Counted from the first letter of the whole stretch, positions 47,832 through 59,099 are shown. The stretch is DNA of 62,563 nt, filler included, from Globobulimina sp. (GCA_003354225.1; 38 parts of 38 records of this genome joined end to end with filler, not necessarily neighbours in it), one strand, 5' to 3'. Translations and numbers: made by a program. The notes: generated by a model not told the origin, from the sequence alone.

Positions 47832-49379
47832 CTCAAAAATTTGCAATCTGTCTTATTTGCCAAATATATCAACCACACACAGCATGTGAATGAAGTATTT
47901 TATATTCGAATCTTTTTAGTATTGCCATTTTTTATGTTATGTATAAGAGCCATAACATTACGAGCTCAGCAAACTGAGCAAGAAATAATCACTGATAATG
48001 GTCCAATTTCAACCAAAAAATATGCCAAAACCTTAGAAGAAACATCCTCACTGTTTGATATATTGACCTTTGGCTGGTTATCATCGCTCTTTGTGACTGG
48101 TTATAAGCGTGCTTTGCAAATGGATGATTTCAAATACTTGAAAGGTATCGATCACTCGCATGAAACATTGAAATTATTTTATAAATCATGGAGGTTGCAG
48201 TTACAAAAAGCCACAAGAAAAAATGGTCCAAAACACTCCCACTCAGCTTCAGCGTCAGCAGTACAATCAATGGGCGCCGCCTATAAAATTGAGCCATTAA
48301 TACATGAAAAATGGAGATCAAAACCGGATAAAAATAGCTTTGGTTTGCAAGCCAGAATTGAAGAGAATGCCAAATATCAACCATCGTTAACCAGAGCATT
48401 GTTGGGTTCCTTTGGTAGACCTTTTTATGTGGCGGGGATTTTAAAAATAATTTATGACTGCTTACAATATACTGGCCCGGTAATATTAGCCGCATATTTA
48501 TCTGATGCGGAATTGTTCGATAATGACTCACAAAACGCACAAAAGGAAGCGTATTTGTATGCTGCTTTGATGTTTGTTACTTATATGTGTGGCACATTGA
48601 TTTTAGCCCAATATTTCCATCGTTGCTTTCGGTTCGGAATGAGAGTGCGTTGCGCATTGATGGCTGCGTGTTACGATAAAGCATTGAAACTGACGCAAGG
48701 AGCAAGGAGCGAGAGGACAGCTGGGCAGTTATTGAACATTGTTACTGTGGATGTCAGGAAGATTCGTGACGTATTCCCGTATACTTGGATGTTGATTTCG
48801 GCGCCGTGGCAGATCACACTTGCGGTGTATTTATTATATCAACAAATTGGCTGGGCAGTGTTTGTTGGGATTGCAGCAAATGTTGCAGTTATCACACCGA
48901 TACAGATTGCGGTTGGTATAAAAGCAAGAAAGATACAAAAAGAAGTCCAGAAGGTACGTGATAAACGAATCAAAGTTATCAACGAAGTATTCGGAGCCAT
49001 GAAAATTGTCAAAATGTATGGATGGGAAACCTCATTTGGTCGTAAAATTGCATCAATTCGAAGTGAGGAATTAAAATTATTGAGGTATATAATGCTAAAA
49101 TATATGACCGTTGCTTCGGAATATATTGCTAATGTATTTATATTCACAAGCAATTGTCATAAATTTTATTGTTTAATTCTGGTACTACCTGAACTAAGAT
49201 GCTATATATGGATATATACCGTAATGGTTTTATTTTGGGGCTTTGCAGCCAATTTGGTATCATTGGCAGCATTTGCTGCGTACACTGCAAATGGCGGAGA
49301 ATTGAATGCCACAAAGGCTTTTACCTCTGTTGCTTTATTTAGTTTATTACGTTTTCCATTATCAATATTACCGCGGATT
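47832..49379 (+). CDS. ABCC/MRP transporter TMD1 region (partial); intron 49085-49198
   Basis: LTFGWL, GYKRALQMDD, YDKALKL, GQLLN...D, RDKRIK..NE...MKIVKMYGWE, LLRFPL. Confidence 0.93.
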
Positions 49380-49479
49380 NNNNNNNNNNNNNNNNNNNNN
49401 NNNNNNNNNNNNNNNNNNNNNNNTTAATTAATTAANNNNNNNNNNNNNNNNNNNNNNNNNNNNNNNNNNNNNNNNNNNN

Positions 49480-50314
49480 GAGGATGAAGACGATGAAGAA
49501 TATGAAGAATATACTTTCGGTTTGAAACACAAAAATATTTTTTTCTTTGAGCACTGAGCTGTAATAATAATAATATAATATAGAAGATGAGGCAGTGAGT
49601 AATAAAGTAAACAAAAATAAATCCAATAAAGATTCACGAGCACGAAAACGAAAACTTTCATTGGATACAGATGTAACCAAACCACCCAAAAAAAAACGCA
49701 AAATTGATGATTATTATTATGATTATGATGAAAATGAACCAAAACAAACAGCTAAAAAACGATCAGATGTAGACGGACAAAACCAAGTTAATGAAGAAAC
49801 AATGAATGAAATTGTCAAAATGCATGTGGTTGCTTGTACATTCTCCGCAGCTATTTTGCTTTCAGAAGAACGAAAAGTGAGATATACTTCGGATGAATTA
49901 TATGATTTACTATATCAGTATCATTGTTCTTCTTCGGACAGTTTTGGGAAATTATTTCAGTATCATCGACAAACTATTGGGCCTCCAAAAACCTGTTTGA
50001 TTGGATATAGAAACTTTAAAGTAAAACAAATTCGACATCGAAATAGAGCTAAAGTGAGAAACATATCTATGCGAAATATGTACTTTAATCATTTCAGAAT
50101 TAATAAGGAACCGCGTGAATGTGGCATATTGTATCGATGGATTGAAGCTCAGTTGAAATATCATGATTGTTTGGAGCCGCTTTATAAAATTGAAGAGGAG
50201 GTAGAGGCCATCAATGAGGAAATAAGGAGAAATGAGACAAAACGAGAACAAATAATTAAATATGAAAATAAATTGAATAAACATGAAAAGTCTGAAATTT
50301 CACAACTTGGATAG
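49480..50314 (+). CDS. Hypothetical protein with dynein-stalk-like C-terminal segment (5' partial); intron 49520-49583
   Basis: In-frame splice; CGILYRWIEAQLKY followed by coiled coil. Confidence 0.55.
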
Positions 50315-51127
50315 TCACGAAATTAAAATTAATCGCTGTATGCAATTGCAAGAAATTCACGAAAAGTCGAATTAATCGCCATCCGAGTTATGAAATCTCA
50401 GCAAAAAGTTTACATTGAACAAAACATGGAATAAATATGGCTATCTTTTGTATGATGGATATAATGATTGTCGCAATGAGGATGATTTAGAAATAATATT
50501 AGATAAAAATAAAGGTGTTATTACTTGCAATAATATGAGAATGTGTAATAATATTAATATTGATAAAAATCAAGACTATGAATTACAACTCGCGATATTC
50601 ACCAAAAAATAATGTTATTTTATAGTTTTATTAGTTTACTTGCAGTAAGTGACAGTGCACTCTCAACATCTTTGAAAAGTTGAGATAAAAATGAGGCTTG
50701 AGCTAAAAAATATGTTTGTGATAAGAATTTTGATACCCAATACCTTTACATTTTCGGATTTATTCTACAAACGATCTGAAAATTTTCGTTTCCACTCTCC
50801 CACTGTTTTCAAAAAAACATTAATTTACGTTAATCGTTGATTGAAATTGCAGATGGATGAATTTTCCACTACCATGACTTCAATAGGCACATCAATATCA
50901 ACTCCAAGTACAAGTACTCAAAATGTATATTATGGGTCATTTTCAATAGACGATGATGATTCATATAAGAAAATATTTAAATTATTGATCGTTACCTCAA
51001 TTCCAACGATCTTATCGTCATTTTTATNNNNNNNNNNNNNNNNNNNNNNNNNNNNNNNNNNNNNNNNNNNNTTAATTAATTAANNNNNNNNNNNNNNNNN
51101 NNNNNNNNNNNNNNNNNNNNNNNNNNN

Positions 51128-51333
51128 GATAAAAATTAAAAAATAACTACGCATATTCGCATAAAAAAACGAACAAAAAAATATGATAACTTGGTTCATC
51201 TCAAATCACAAATTCCCAACAAAAAAATATTTTGATTAGTCATCAAAATCACCAATTAATAATTAAAAATCACCATTTTTTGAGTGCAAGGATAAAAATT
51301 AAAAAATAACTACGCATATTCGCATAAAAAAAC
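51128..51333 (+). repeat. 43-bp direct repeat
   Basis: GATAAAAATTAAAAAATAACTACGCATATTCGCATAAAAAAAC at 51128 and 51291. Confidence 0.9.
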
Positions 51334-51351
51334 AAACAAAAAAAATACACC

Positions 51352-51428
51352 GGCCTTCTTGCCTCCAGAATTCTTGCCTCCTGGCTTCTTGCCTCCAGGC
51401 TTCTTACCTCCGGGCTTCTTGCCTCTGG
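51352..51428 (-). repeat. 15-bp coding-like tandem repeat (GGKKP, about 5 copies)
   Basis: Third-position variation between units preserves G-K-K-P-G. Confidence 0.75.
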
Positions 51429-51430
51429 GT

Positions 51431-52675
51431 CTATCGACCCGCAATGCTACTGTGTTGCCCCCTACGATTGATTAGATTATTGAACGTATCGAATGTGATT
51501 TGTTTGATACAATTCGCACATTTCTCATTCAAATCGTTTTGTTTTAAAATGTTTACGCAATGATCTGCGTCGCACAGTTTCTGATTAAATGCTGCAAAAT
51601 AATCGGAGTTGGCATGATTTGACTGATCCAAATTGTTAATAATGTGCTTTGTTAATGTGGTGAATCTCAACCACTCCTTTTTATGTGCATTGCACGAACG
51701 AACATTGCATTTAAATGTGTTTTTGCAGCCTTTGGATTGTATGCAATTCGCACAGTGCCAATTACTATAAAACTGTACAGATTTTGCAGCCTTTGTATCA
51801 TATTCAATTTATATACGTTTTTACAGTCAGAACAGGCGATTTCATCCTGATCCGAACTGTTTTGATCGATATCGAATGCATTTGGTACTTCCGGCACTGT
51901 GCATACTTCCATGTGATTACTAAGATGCTGCTTCTTACGTTGTTTTGGTTTGTTTTGATTTAAGTCTGCCACCAATTTATTATCCACAACCTTGCCGCCA
52001 TCGATGTTCCTATTTTCCTGCCGTTGCTCCCCCGTATTCTTTGATAGATTTTTGCCATTCTTGACATTATTCCGTGCCGCATTTTTGTTGATTTGTCGAT
52101 TGTTTACTCTGTTTTTGTGTTTTTTGTGTACCGGGCCATCAAATTTCTTTTCGTCAAAGTTTGTCGAATGTATATCCGGTGTGATTTGATTGTATTTCCT
52201 TTTACGGCGTTGTTTAATACGTTCCGCTATGCTTCCTGTGCTCGACGGTGTTTTTGGTGCTTTCTCATTCAGCCATAATGCCGTTTGAGTTGGTGTCCAT
52301 ACACCAGCGGAACAGTGATATTCTGTTTTTGATTTGAAATAAAGCTGTTTGTGATGTTCATTTTGGAATTTTGGAGGCGTTTCCCAGTCAGTTGTAAGAC
52401 TGAAATGCTTTTCGTTGCGGGCCTCATATTGCATAAATGTTTCATTTTTTTGTGTACAAAATGTGTTTGTCAATGATTTACGATCAAATCTAAACTCATT
52501 CAGCACATTTTTGGGTTTATCGGATGTTTCTGACTGTGTTGTACTGGCATTCAATTCGAATGTCTTACGCGTACTATTTACGTTTGTTTTATGTGTTTGG
52601 TTGCATTTAGTTACAATGTCATCATTGTTGTTATTATGCACTTCCTCGCATGATATGTTATTGGTGTTTAAGTGT
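51431..52675 (-). CDS. Hypothetical basic protein, likely frameshifted near 51680
   Basis: 324-aa ORF continues as KEWLRFTTL if one A is added to an A run. Confidence 0.45.
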
Positions 52676-52775
52676 NNNNNNNNNNNNNNNNNNNNNNNNN
52701 NNNNNNNNNNNNNNNNNNNTTAATTAATTAANNNNNNNNNNNNNNNNNNNNNNNNNNNNNNNNNNNNNNNNNNNN

Positions 52776-54176
52776 TATTTATGCACAAATGAATGGGATT
52801 ATGGTGAAGGAAAATGGCAATGTATTTATAATCAATGCCAAAATACTTTTTGTTGTCGTTGTGTTGACAAAGACAAAAAAACTGTACGTAAACAACCGGG
52901 AAAATTTAAAAAATCAAAATCAAAATCAAAATCAACAAAATTAGCGCTAGAAAAAGAGAGAAGTGTTGAAATAGTGCAAGAAGCAGAACCAGAGCATGTG
53001 GCACCAATTACAGAAATAGATAATTTTGATGCAATATGTTATGCCATTCATGCATTTAACTCATTAGTGCAGGATAACAAATTGCGATGGTTTTCGCAAC
53101 CAATAACAAGCACATATTTTGCCACAGAAAAAGAATTTGCTGATTATATGCATGTCATTGATAACAATCCAATGGATTTTACTAGCATTAAAAAAAAGAT
53201 TTATAACAATGAATATAGAGCGAATATTATGCTATTTTGCGACATGGAGTTAGTATTTAAGAATGCAATGACATTTAATAAGAAAGGTAATATTTGGTAT
53301 GACGAAGCTGAGCGATTAAATGGCATGTTATTGTCACTAAAAAATAAAGAAATAATGCATGATTCATCATGGCGGTCAATCTATGATTGCCACTCAAAAG
53401 TATGTCTGCAATGCAATAACATAATGCTGCCAAAAAAAAGTATGCAACCAATTGTAATAAAATGCAATAATTGTTTATCACACATTAAATGCAAAGAAAG
53501 TAATTATTTTATTTGTCACAATGGATATCATAATAACAAATCCGCTGTTTTTTGTAGAAAATGTGTTAAAAAATGTGTTTATTTGCCCAATAATGATAAT
53601 AATAGAAATAATCCAAAAACAAATGTAAATATGGATGGATTATCACTTATCAGTGCATTGTTTAAAGTGCCATCCAATTTGGATGAATGTGAATATATGT
53701 CATCAATATGGAAATCAATGAATACATTTTCAAATGAAATGATTGTTGCAAATGGCAAATATGAAACAGCCATATCGCATAAACGTAAACGTAAACTGAA
53801 TTATAAATTAACTGCAAATAAAGCACCATTAAAAAAACAGAAAATAAATAAGAATGATCACGATCCAATTTATAAAATAAAACGACCGCAAACCGCATGG
53901 ATGTTGTATAATGTATTTAAAATAAAAGATTTATGGCCTCGATATCCATCGTTATCAATGTGTCAACGAACAAAAATAAGTGGGAAATTATGGAAAGTTT
54001 TAAGTAATGAAAAGAAAAAGAAATGGATTAAGAAAGCGGAAAAAGAGAAAATGAAATATGTTCAAATTAAACAAGAATATGAAAAGCATCACGATTTTAA
54101 TAAAGTACCTCAAAAATGGAAGCAAATTGATAAAAAAGCAGAGAAAGCGCGTAATCAAAGTTGCAATCAACAATAA
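52776..54176 (+). CDS. Zn-finger + bromodomain + Cys cluster + HMG-box chromatin protein (5' partial)
   Basis: PMDFTSIKKKI...DMELVFKNAMTFN; KRPQTAWMLY...GKLWKVLS.EKK.W. Confidence 0.88.
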   Translation, partial: YLCTNEWDYGEGKWQCIYNQCQNTFCCRCVDKDKKTVRKQPGKFKKSKSKSKSTKLALEKERSVEIVQEAEPEHVAPITEIDNFDAICYAIHAFNSLVQDNKLRWFSQPITSTYFATEKEFADYMHVIDNNPMDFTSIKKKIYNNEYRANIMLFCDMELVFKNAMTFNKKGNIWYDEAERLNGMLLSLKNKEIMHDSSWRSIYDCHSKVCLQCNNIMLPKKSMQPIVIKCNNCLSHIKCKESNYFICHNGYHNNKSAVFCRKCVKKCVYLPNNDNNRNNPKTNVNMDGLSLISALFKVPSNLDECEYMSSIWKSMNTFSNEMIVANGKYETAISHKRKRKLNYKLTANKAPLKKQKINKNDHDPIYKIKRPQTAWMLYNVFKIKDLWPRYPSLSMCQRTKISGKLWKVLSNEKKKKWIKKAEKEKMKYVQIKQEYEKHHDFNKVPQKWKQIDKKAEKARNQSCNQQ

Positions 54177-54423
54177 TTATTTAATGTACTGTAATAACAG
54201 ATGAGTGAGTGCCACGATAAACAATTACTATATAATATTACGTAACATAATGATTAATTACATAATGGAGTTGTGAGTGAACTAGTCATCTTTCAGTAGG
54301 TTGGACTGACTCAAAAAGCATTTNNNNNNNNNNNNNNNNNNNNNNNNNNNNNNNNNNNNNNNNNNNNTTAATTAATTAANNNNNNNNNNNNNNNNNNNNN
54401 NNNNNNNNNNNNNNNNNNNNNNN

Positions 54424-54814
54424 ACCAAACATATATCTATTAATTGGAGGGTTTATTGCTGTTATTGATGCTTTGTGCATTTCAAACTGGAAATATGATT
54501 TGAGAGAATTTAATCCAGCGCAAGCTGCAGCACATTCTTGCAGTGCCATATGGGACATATTGTGGACAGTTATAGGTTCATTATTATTTACGCAGTTAAC
54601 ATGGGAATGTCAACAATCAAGCATTGGTTTAATGCTGTTTGCATGGATCATTATAAATTGGATATATATCGGATGTCGCTCTGTATTTATTATTGCTGGA
54701 TTTTTGGTGTCAGAGCATGATACATTCAAAAGGTTAAACGCAAGCGGCAGGAATGTAATGCCTGATTATATGGAACAGCATCAACTGAATGATGATGAAA
54801 TTGAATATCTATGA
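54424..54814 (+). CDS. Membrane protein C-terminus (5' partial)
   Basis: Three hydrophobic segments in an open frame. Confidence 0.5.
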
Positions 54815-55078
54815 AATATGCAACGTTAACATTTTGTTTTGAGATTGATCACGATTTTGTATTGCCAAAGATTTAGTTGAAACGTACTATAACTGAAATA
54901 ATGACAACATTTCCGAAATAACAAAGAACAAGAGAAAAATAACCAAAAAGCCGCGACCAATCGTGGCCAGTTCTGGGGAAATCACTCTCCTGTAGTCGCT
55001 CTTCCATCTTTATCAACTCAGCGTGGAAATTTTTGGCCAGAAAAATTAACGATTCTTTTTGACCTGAGTCGCCTGACC

Positions 55079-55971
55079 ATGATCACACTAAACAAACATT
55101 CAATTAGTGCTAAAATTGAGAATAGATATGCATGGATTGTTTATGAATTTAATTTTTTAAATGATAATAACAATAATGGTAGTGATGAATTGTCATTTGA
55201 AATAACAATTGATAGTGAAGCCTTTATATCTTCGTTTGTTGCAGATATTGATGGCGAGAAATTTATTGGTAAAACCAAGGAGAAAACAGTTGCAAAAAAA
55301 GAATATTCAGAAGCAAAAGAAAAAGATGAAAATGCAATTTTAATATGTAAACCATATGACGATATACCAAATATATTTAAAATAACAACAAATATAGATT
55401 CAGGCTCAGAAATATCATTAAAAATAACAATTGAACAATATATCCAAAAAGCATTCAATTTTAATCAATTAAATATTCAGATATTACGCAATTTTGATAA
55501 ATATAACATTTCTAAAAATTATAAATTTATTTCATTTCAATTTGACATCAGAGATGAATGCGGGATCTATGATGTAAGTATTCCATTAACCCATCATATC
55601 AAGACACAAAATGAAAACCACTGTTCACTTTCTGGTAAATTACACTGCCAACAATCATCCGTAAATGAATTAATTTTAAAATACAAAGTAAAGGGAGAAC
55701 AAAATGATTCTATGATAATTTATGATAACAAAACCAATACATTTTGCCATATCATATCTGACATCATCACCGATTCCCTAATAAAGGATGAAAAAGATAT
55801 TTATGAAGGACATGGCGACCAAATTCAGCAAAATGTATTAATTCCACGGCGTGTTGTATTTGTCATTGATAGATCAGGTTCTATGGCAGGCAACAAATGG
55901 AGGAAAACCATATCAGCAACGATTACGGCATTACGACAATTAAGGAAAGGATATGATAGATATTGTGTTAT
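55079..55971 (+). CDS. VIT + vWA (ITIH/VWA5A-like) protein (3' partial)
   Basis: AFISSF...G..KEK..AKKEY..A; VVFVIDRSGSM MIDAS motif. Confidence 0.9.
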
Positions 55972-56297
55972 NNNNNNNNNNNNNNNNNNNNNNNNNNNNN
56001 NNNNNNNNNNNNNNNTTAATTAATTAANNNNNNNNNNNNNNNNNNNNNNNNNNNNNNNNNNNNNNNNNNNNAGAATTTACGATTTTTCAGCAATGATGAA
56101 AATGCATAGAAAAAAAAAGTTGTATGAATGAAATGGAAAAAAAAAGTCATTATGGTATAGTTCAATTGCTGCAGAGTCACGAAATTCAAATTTTTTTGTC
56201 CTAGACAGATGCATGCGTTTTGAGAATGTGACGTAATTTTATCAAATATCTGACGATTTTTTTTCAAATCTATTTTTTTTCAGATCTCAATTTCAGA

Positions 56298-56678
56298 ATG
56301 CCTTTCACTAAAAAAAATGCAACAGCTGCCATCAAAAAAGTGAAAAAACGTTGTGACAATGCAAAGGTCACCAAAGATGTTCGCAAAGAAGCATGCAACA
56401 TAGCACGCCATTTTAAAAAACATTTACTGGACCTATAACTGTAAAGCCCCGTCAAAATTATCCAAAAAAAAGCTGGATTTAAAGCTGGAAAAGAAAGTAC
56501 CGTTAGCAGCTGGAAACGGACTCAGAGTTGCTGTCAAGGACCAACAGCAAGCCAAGCAAGGCTGGAAATTATGCAAACTTATGGCTCTCAAAAACCAATA
56601 TTGAAAGTACCAAGAAAGAAAAAGATCTCAAGATTTGGGAAATCGCGAATATTTAAACATGTGAAACGTATTAAATAA
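56298..56678 (+). pseudogene. Small very basic ORF with two compensating A-run frameshifts
   Basis: MPFTKKNA...RHFKK, then TFTGPITVKPRQNYP, then KKAGFKAG...VKRIK-stop. Confidence 0.4.
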
Positions 56679-56691
56679 ATAAATTAATTAA

Positions 56692-57438
56692 TTAACAGTG
56701 TGGACAGCACAAAGACCCATAACTAGAACACGAACTATGTGCATGTCCGTGTTTTTTACAATGAAGCCATAGATTGTCACCAGACTGTTGAAATTTAATT
56801 TGTCCACAAATATTGCAATATGTTTTAATTGCCAATGTTGATTTCTTTGCGTTTAATAATGTCCATTTTGCACGAGATTTACATAATAAATATTTAAATA
56901 TTCGCGTGATATTTTGATCGAAATTATCCTCAATTACGCATTTCAATAATTTATATGCTAAAATTTTCATTTTATTTATTTTCTTTTCCTTTGCATCGAA
57001 TGCAATTAAATTTGCGTTGCACTGATTATTTAATTTATTTTTCCAATCAACATCAAATTTACAATGACGTCCTAACTCTTTCGCAATGTCATCATCTGTC
57101 CATTTTACATCCAATAAACACGAATCGCCATTAATTTGGCCGGTGGCCATATCCACGGAATTACAACTTATATTAAACCGCATCAAATGTCCTTGTAACG
57201 GTATGCCAATCAGCATATCGTTAATATAATAAATGTTCATTACTGATTTTTTTATACATATTAATCACTCTGTGGCTGCTAATATTTTGCTTTCAAATGT
57301 GGGAAAGCACTTTCTTGGGACTTTGATTGTTATTGTATCGTACCCGGTGACTCTCGAACGAAAATTTGAGCCGCCGATACATTTGCCGACTATTTGCCAT
57401 TGCTCGGCAATTATATCATCCACCAAATCCGTTGACAT
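56692..57438 (-). pseudogene. Hypothetical gene with in-frame TGA at 57265-57267 and Cys-rich end
   Basis: Two ORFs in the same frame separated by one stop; CNIC...C..H...C...CPHC. Confidence 0.35.
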
Positions 57439-57534
57439 TCTTTGAAATAAAAAGATAAAAAAAGTTTTTGAGCTGGGATCCATTTTGCATCTCAGGATCC
57501 AAATTTTAATTACGTCATTTACCAACATTCCGCG

Positions 57535-57619
57535 TATCAAAACATTTTTGGGTACCCCATGTTTTGCCTATCAAAAAAACAATATCCTCTTCCACTGTTT
57601 TTCTCTGAAAAAACAAATA
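57535..57619 (+). mobile_element. Palindromic MITE, copy 2 (truncated)
   Basis: TATCAAAACATTTTTGGGTACCCCATGTTTTGCCTATCAAAAAAACAATATCC is near-identical to the 45276 arm. Confidence 0.75.
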
Positions 57620-57827
57620 NNNNNNNNNNNNNNNNNNNNNNNNNNNNNNNNNNNNNNNNNNNNTTAATTAATTAANNNNNNNNNNNNNNNNNNNNNNNNN
57701 NNNNNNNNNNNNNNNNNNNGTTGAACAATGATGAGTTCGTGCAAGTTTCTGTTCAGTTCAGGATCTTCTGTTTTTTGTCTAACCGTGAACTTACTTATAC
57801 TGCAGCAGTAGTTTCGAATTCGAATGT

Positions 57828-59099
57828 TCACCAAATATCATTGACAGTATATCCATTTGGAAACGGGTCAGTTGGATCCAATACAATCTGCGAATAAGCC
57901 GTAATCCAAGCTCTGCCAGATATGGTTGGTACAATGGACTTAATTGCTGTATTATCACTCCTCCTATAAATACAATCAACTTCCTCTTTCACGATATTAC
58001 CCACAAACTTGGTACCAATAATACTTTGATGCACAAAATCCTCTCCCACCCTCAACTCTTTTCTATTATGCAACAGAGCCATCACAGCAGCAGTACCCGT
58101 CCCGCACGGCGACCTATCAATCATTCCCGTCCATGTCTCTGCTTTGTCCCACTCCAACACGTTATTACTCATTACAACGGCATTCCGATTTGTATGCGCC
58201 TCACGGAAACATAATATGTCCGGTCCGCCATACTCCATTAACACCTTCCCATTGCTTCTGTAACCACTCAGATTAATAAAGTACTGCTCTCGCGCAGCAA
58301 CCTTAATCATCTCACCCAATCTCACAATATCTCTCCCTTTGGACGGTACCAACTCAAAGCCATACTTGCTTAGCTGCGCAATATCAACAATGGCATACCA
58401 CATTCCACCCCAAGCAATATCAATGAGCACTGCGTCGCTCGCATCAGTCACATGTTTGCAGCTCAATATCTTTGAGATTGGCAACGGCAGTCTGACTGAA
58501 AGGTTTTTATAGTTTGGATCAATAAAAGAGGCAGTATTTGTTAACGTGATTTGCAACGCTTTACCGTTTTTACATTTTGCTTCTATATGGATTAAGCCAG
58601 CGGGTGCCTCCAATTTGAATGTTGTAGTGAATGCCCCATCGGCTGTCATTTGATTTGCATTGTCTGGGATCATAGGGACCATTCCCGTTTCTAATAAAGC
58701 GGTAGCGACGCATATTGTGTTATGGCCGGACATTGCCGGATATATCTTATTTTGTTCCATGATTATATATGCAAATTTCGCTTGTTTGCTGATTGGTGGC
58801 AGGATGACATTGGCATTCTGACACGGGTAACCACGTGGTTCTGTTAATAACAATTTGCGAATATAGTCCATATTATTCATCATATATCTGCGTTTTTGCT
58901 CTATTGTGTCCCCTTTTATATTTGGCAAACCGCCTACAATTATTCTGGCTGGTTCGCCGCCTGCATGACAATCAACCACTTGGATGAAACGAGATCCATA
59001 TGATTGCGTGTTATTATTGCTGCATTCTAAAGCCGCGATATTATTATCATCTGCACTGTTTGCGTCGAGTTGATTCAACACCTTTTGTAATCGGAACAT
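57828..59099 (-). CDS. Proline racemase family enzyme, Ser/Cys type, with PTS2
   Basis: VDCHAGGEPAR, LLTEPRG, MSGHNT, DRSPCGTGT, DPTDPFPNG. Confidence 0.93.
   Translation of the reverse strand: MFRLQKVLNQLDANSADDNNIAALECSNNNTQSYGSRFIQVVDCHAGGEPARIIVGGLPNIKGDTIEQKRRYMMNNMDYIRKLLLTEPRGYPCQNANVILPPISKQAKFAYIIMEQNKIYPAMSGHNTICVATALLETGMVPMIPDNANQMTADGAFTTTFKLEAPAGLIHIEAKCKNGKALQITLTNTASFIDPNYKNLSVRLPLPISKILSCKHVTDASDAVLIDIAWGGMWYAIVDIAQLSKYGFELVPSKGRDIVRLGEMIKVAAREQYFINLSGYRSNGKVLMEYGGPDILCFREAHTNRNAVVMSNNVLEWDKAETWTGMIDRSPCGTGTAAVMALLHNRKELRVGEDFVHQSIIGTKFVGNIVKEEVDCIYRRSDNTAIKSIVPTISGRAWITAYSQIVLDPTDPFPNGYTVNDIW

Noticed and set aside
57265-57267. In-frame TGA as evidence of recoding or selenocysteine
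   Set aside because: TGA ends conserved genes here (CDC16, RRP45, DGAT2, racemase); no homology or SECIS support
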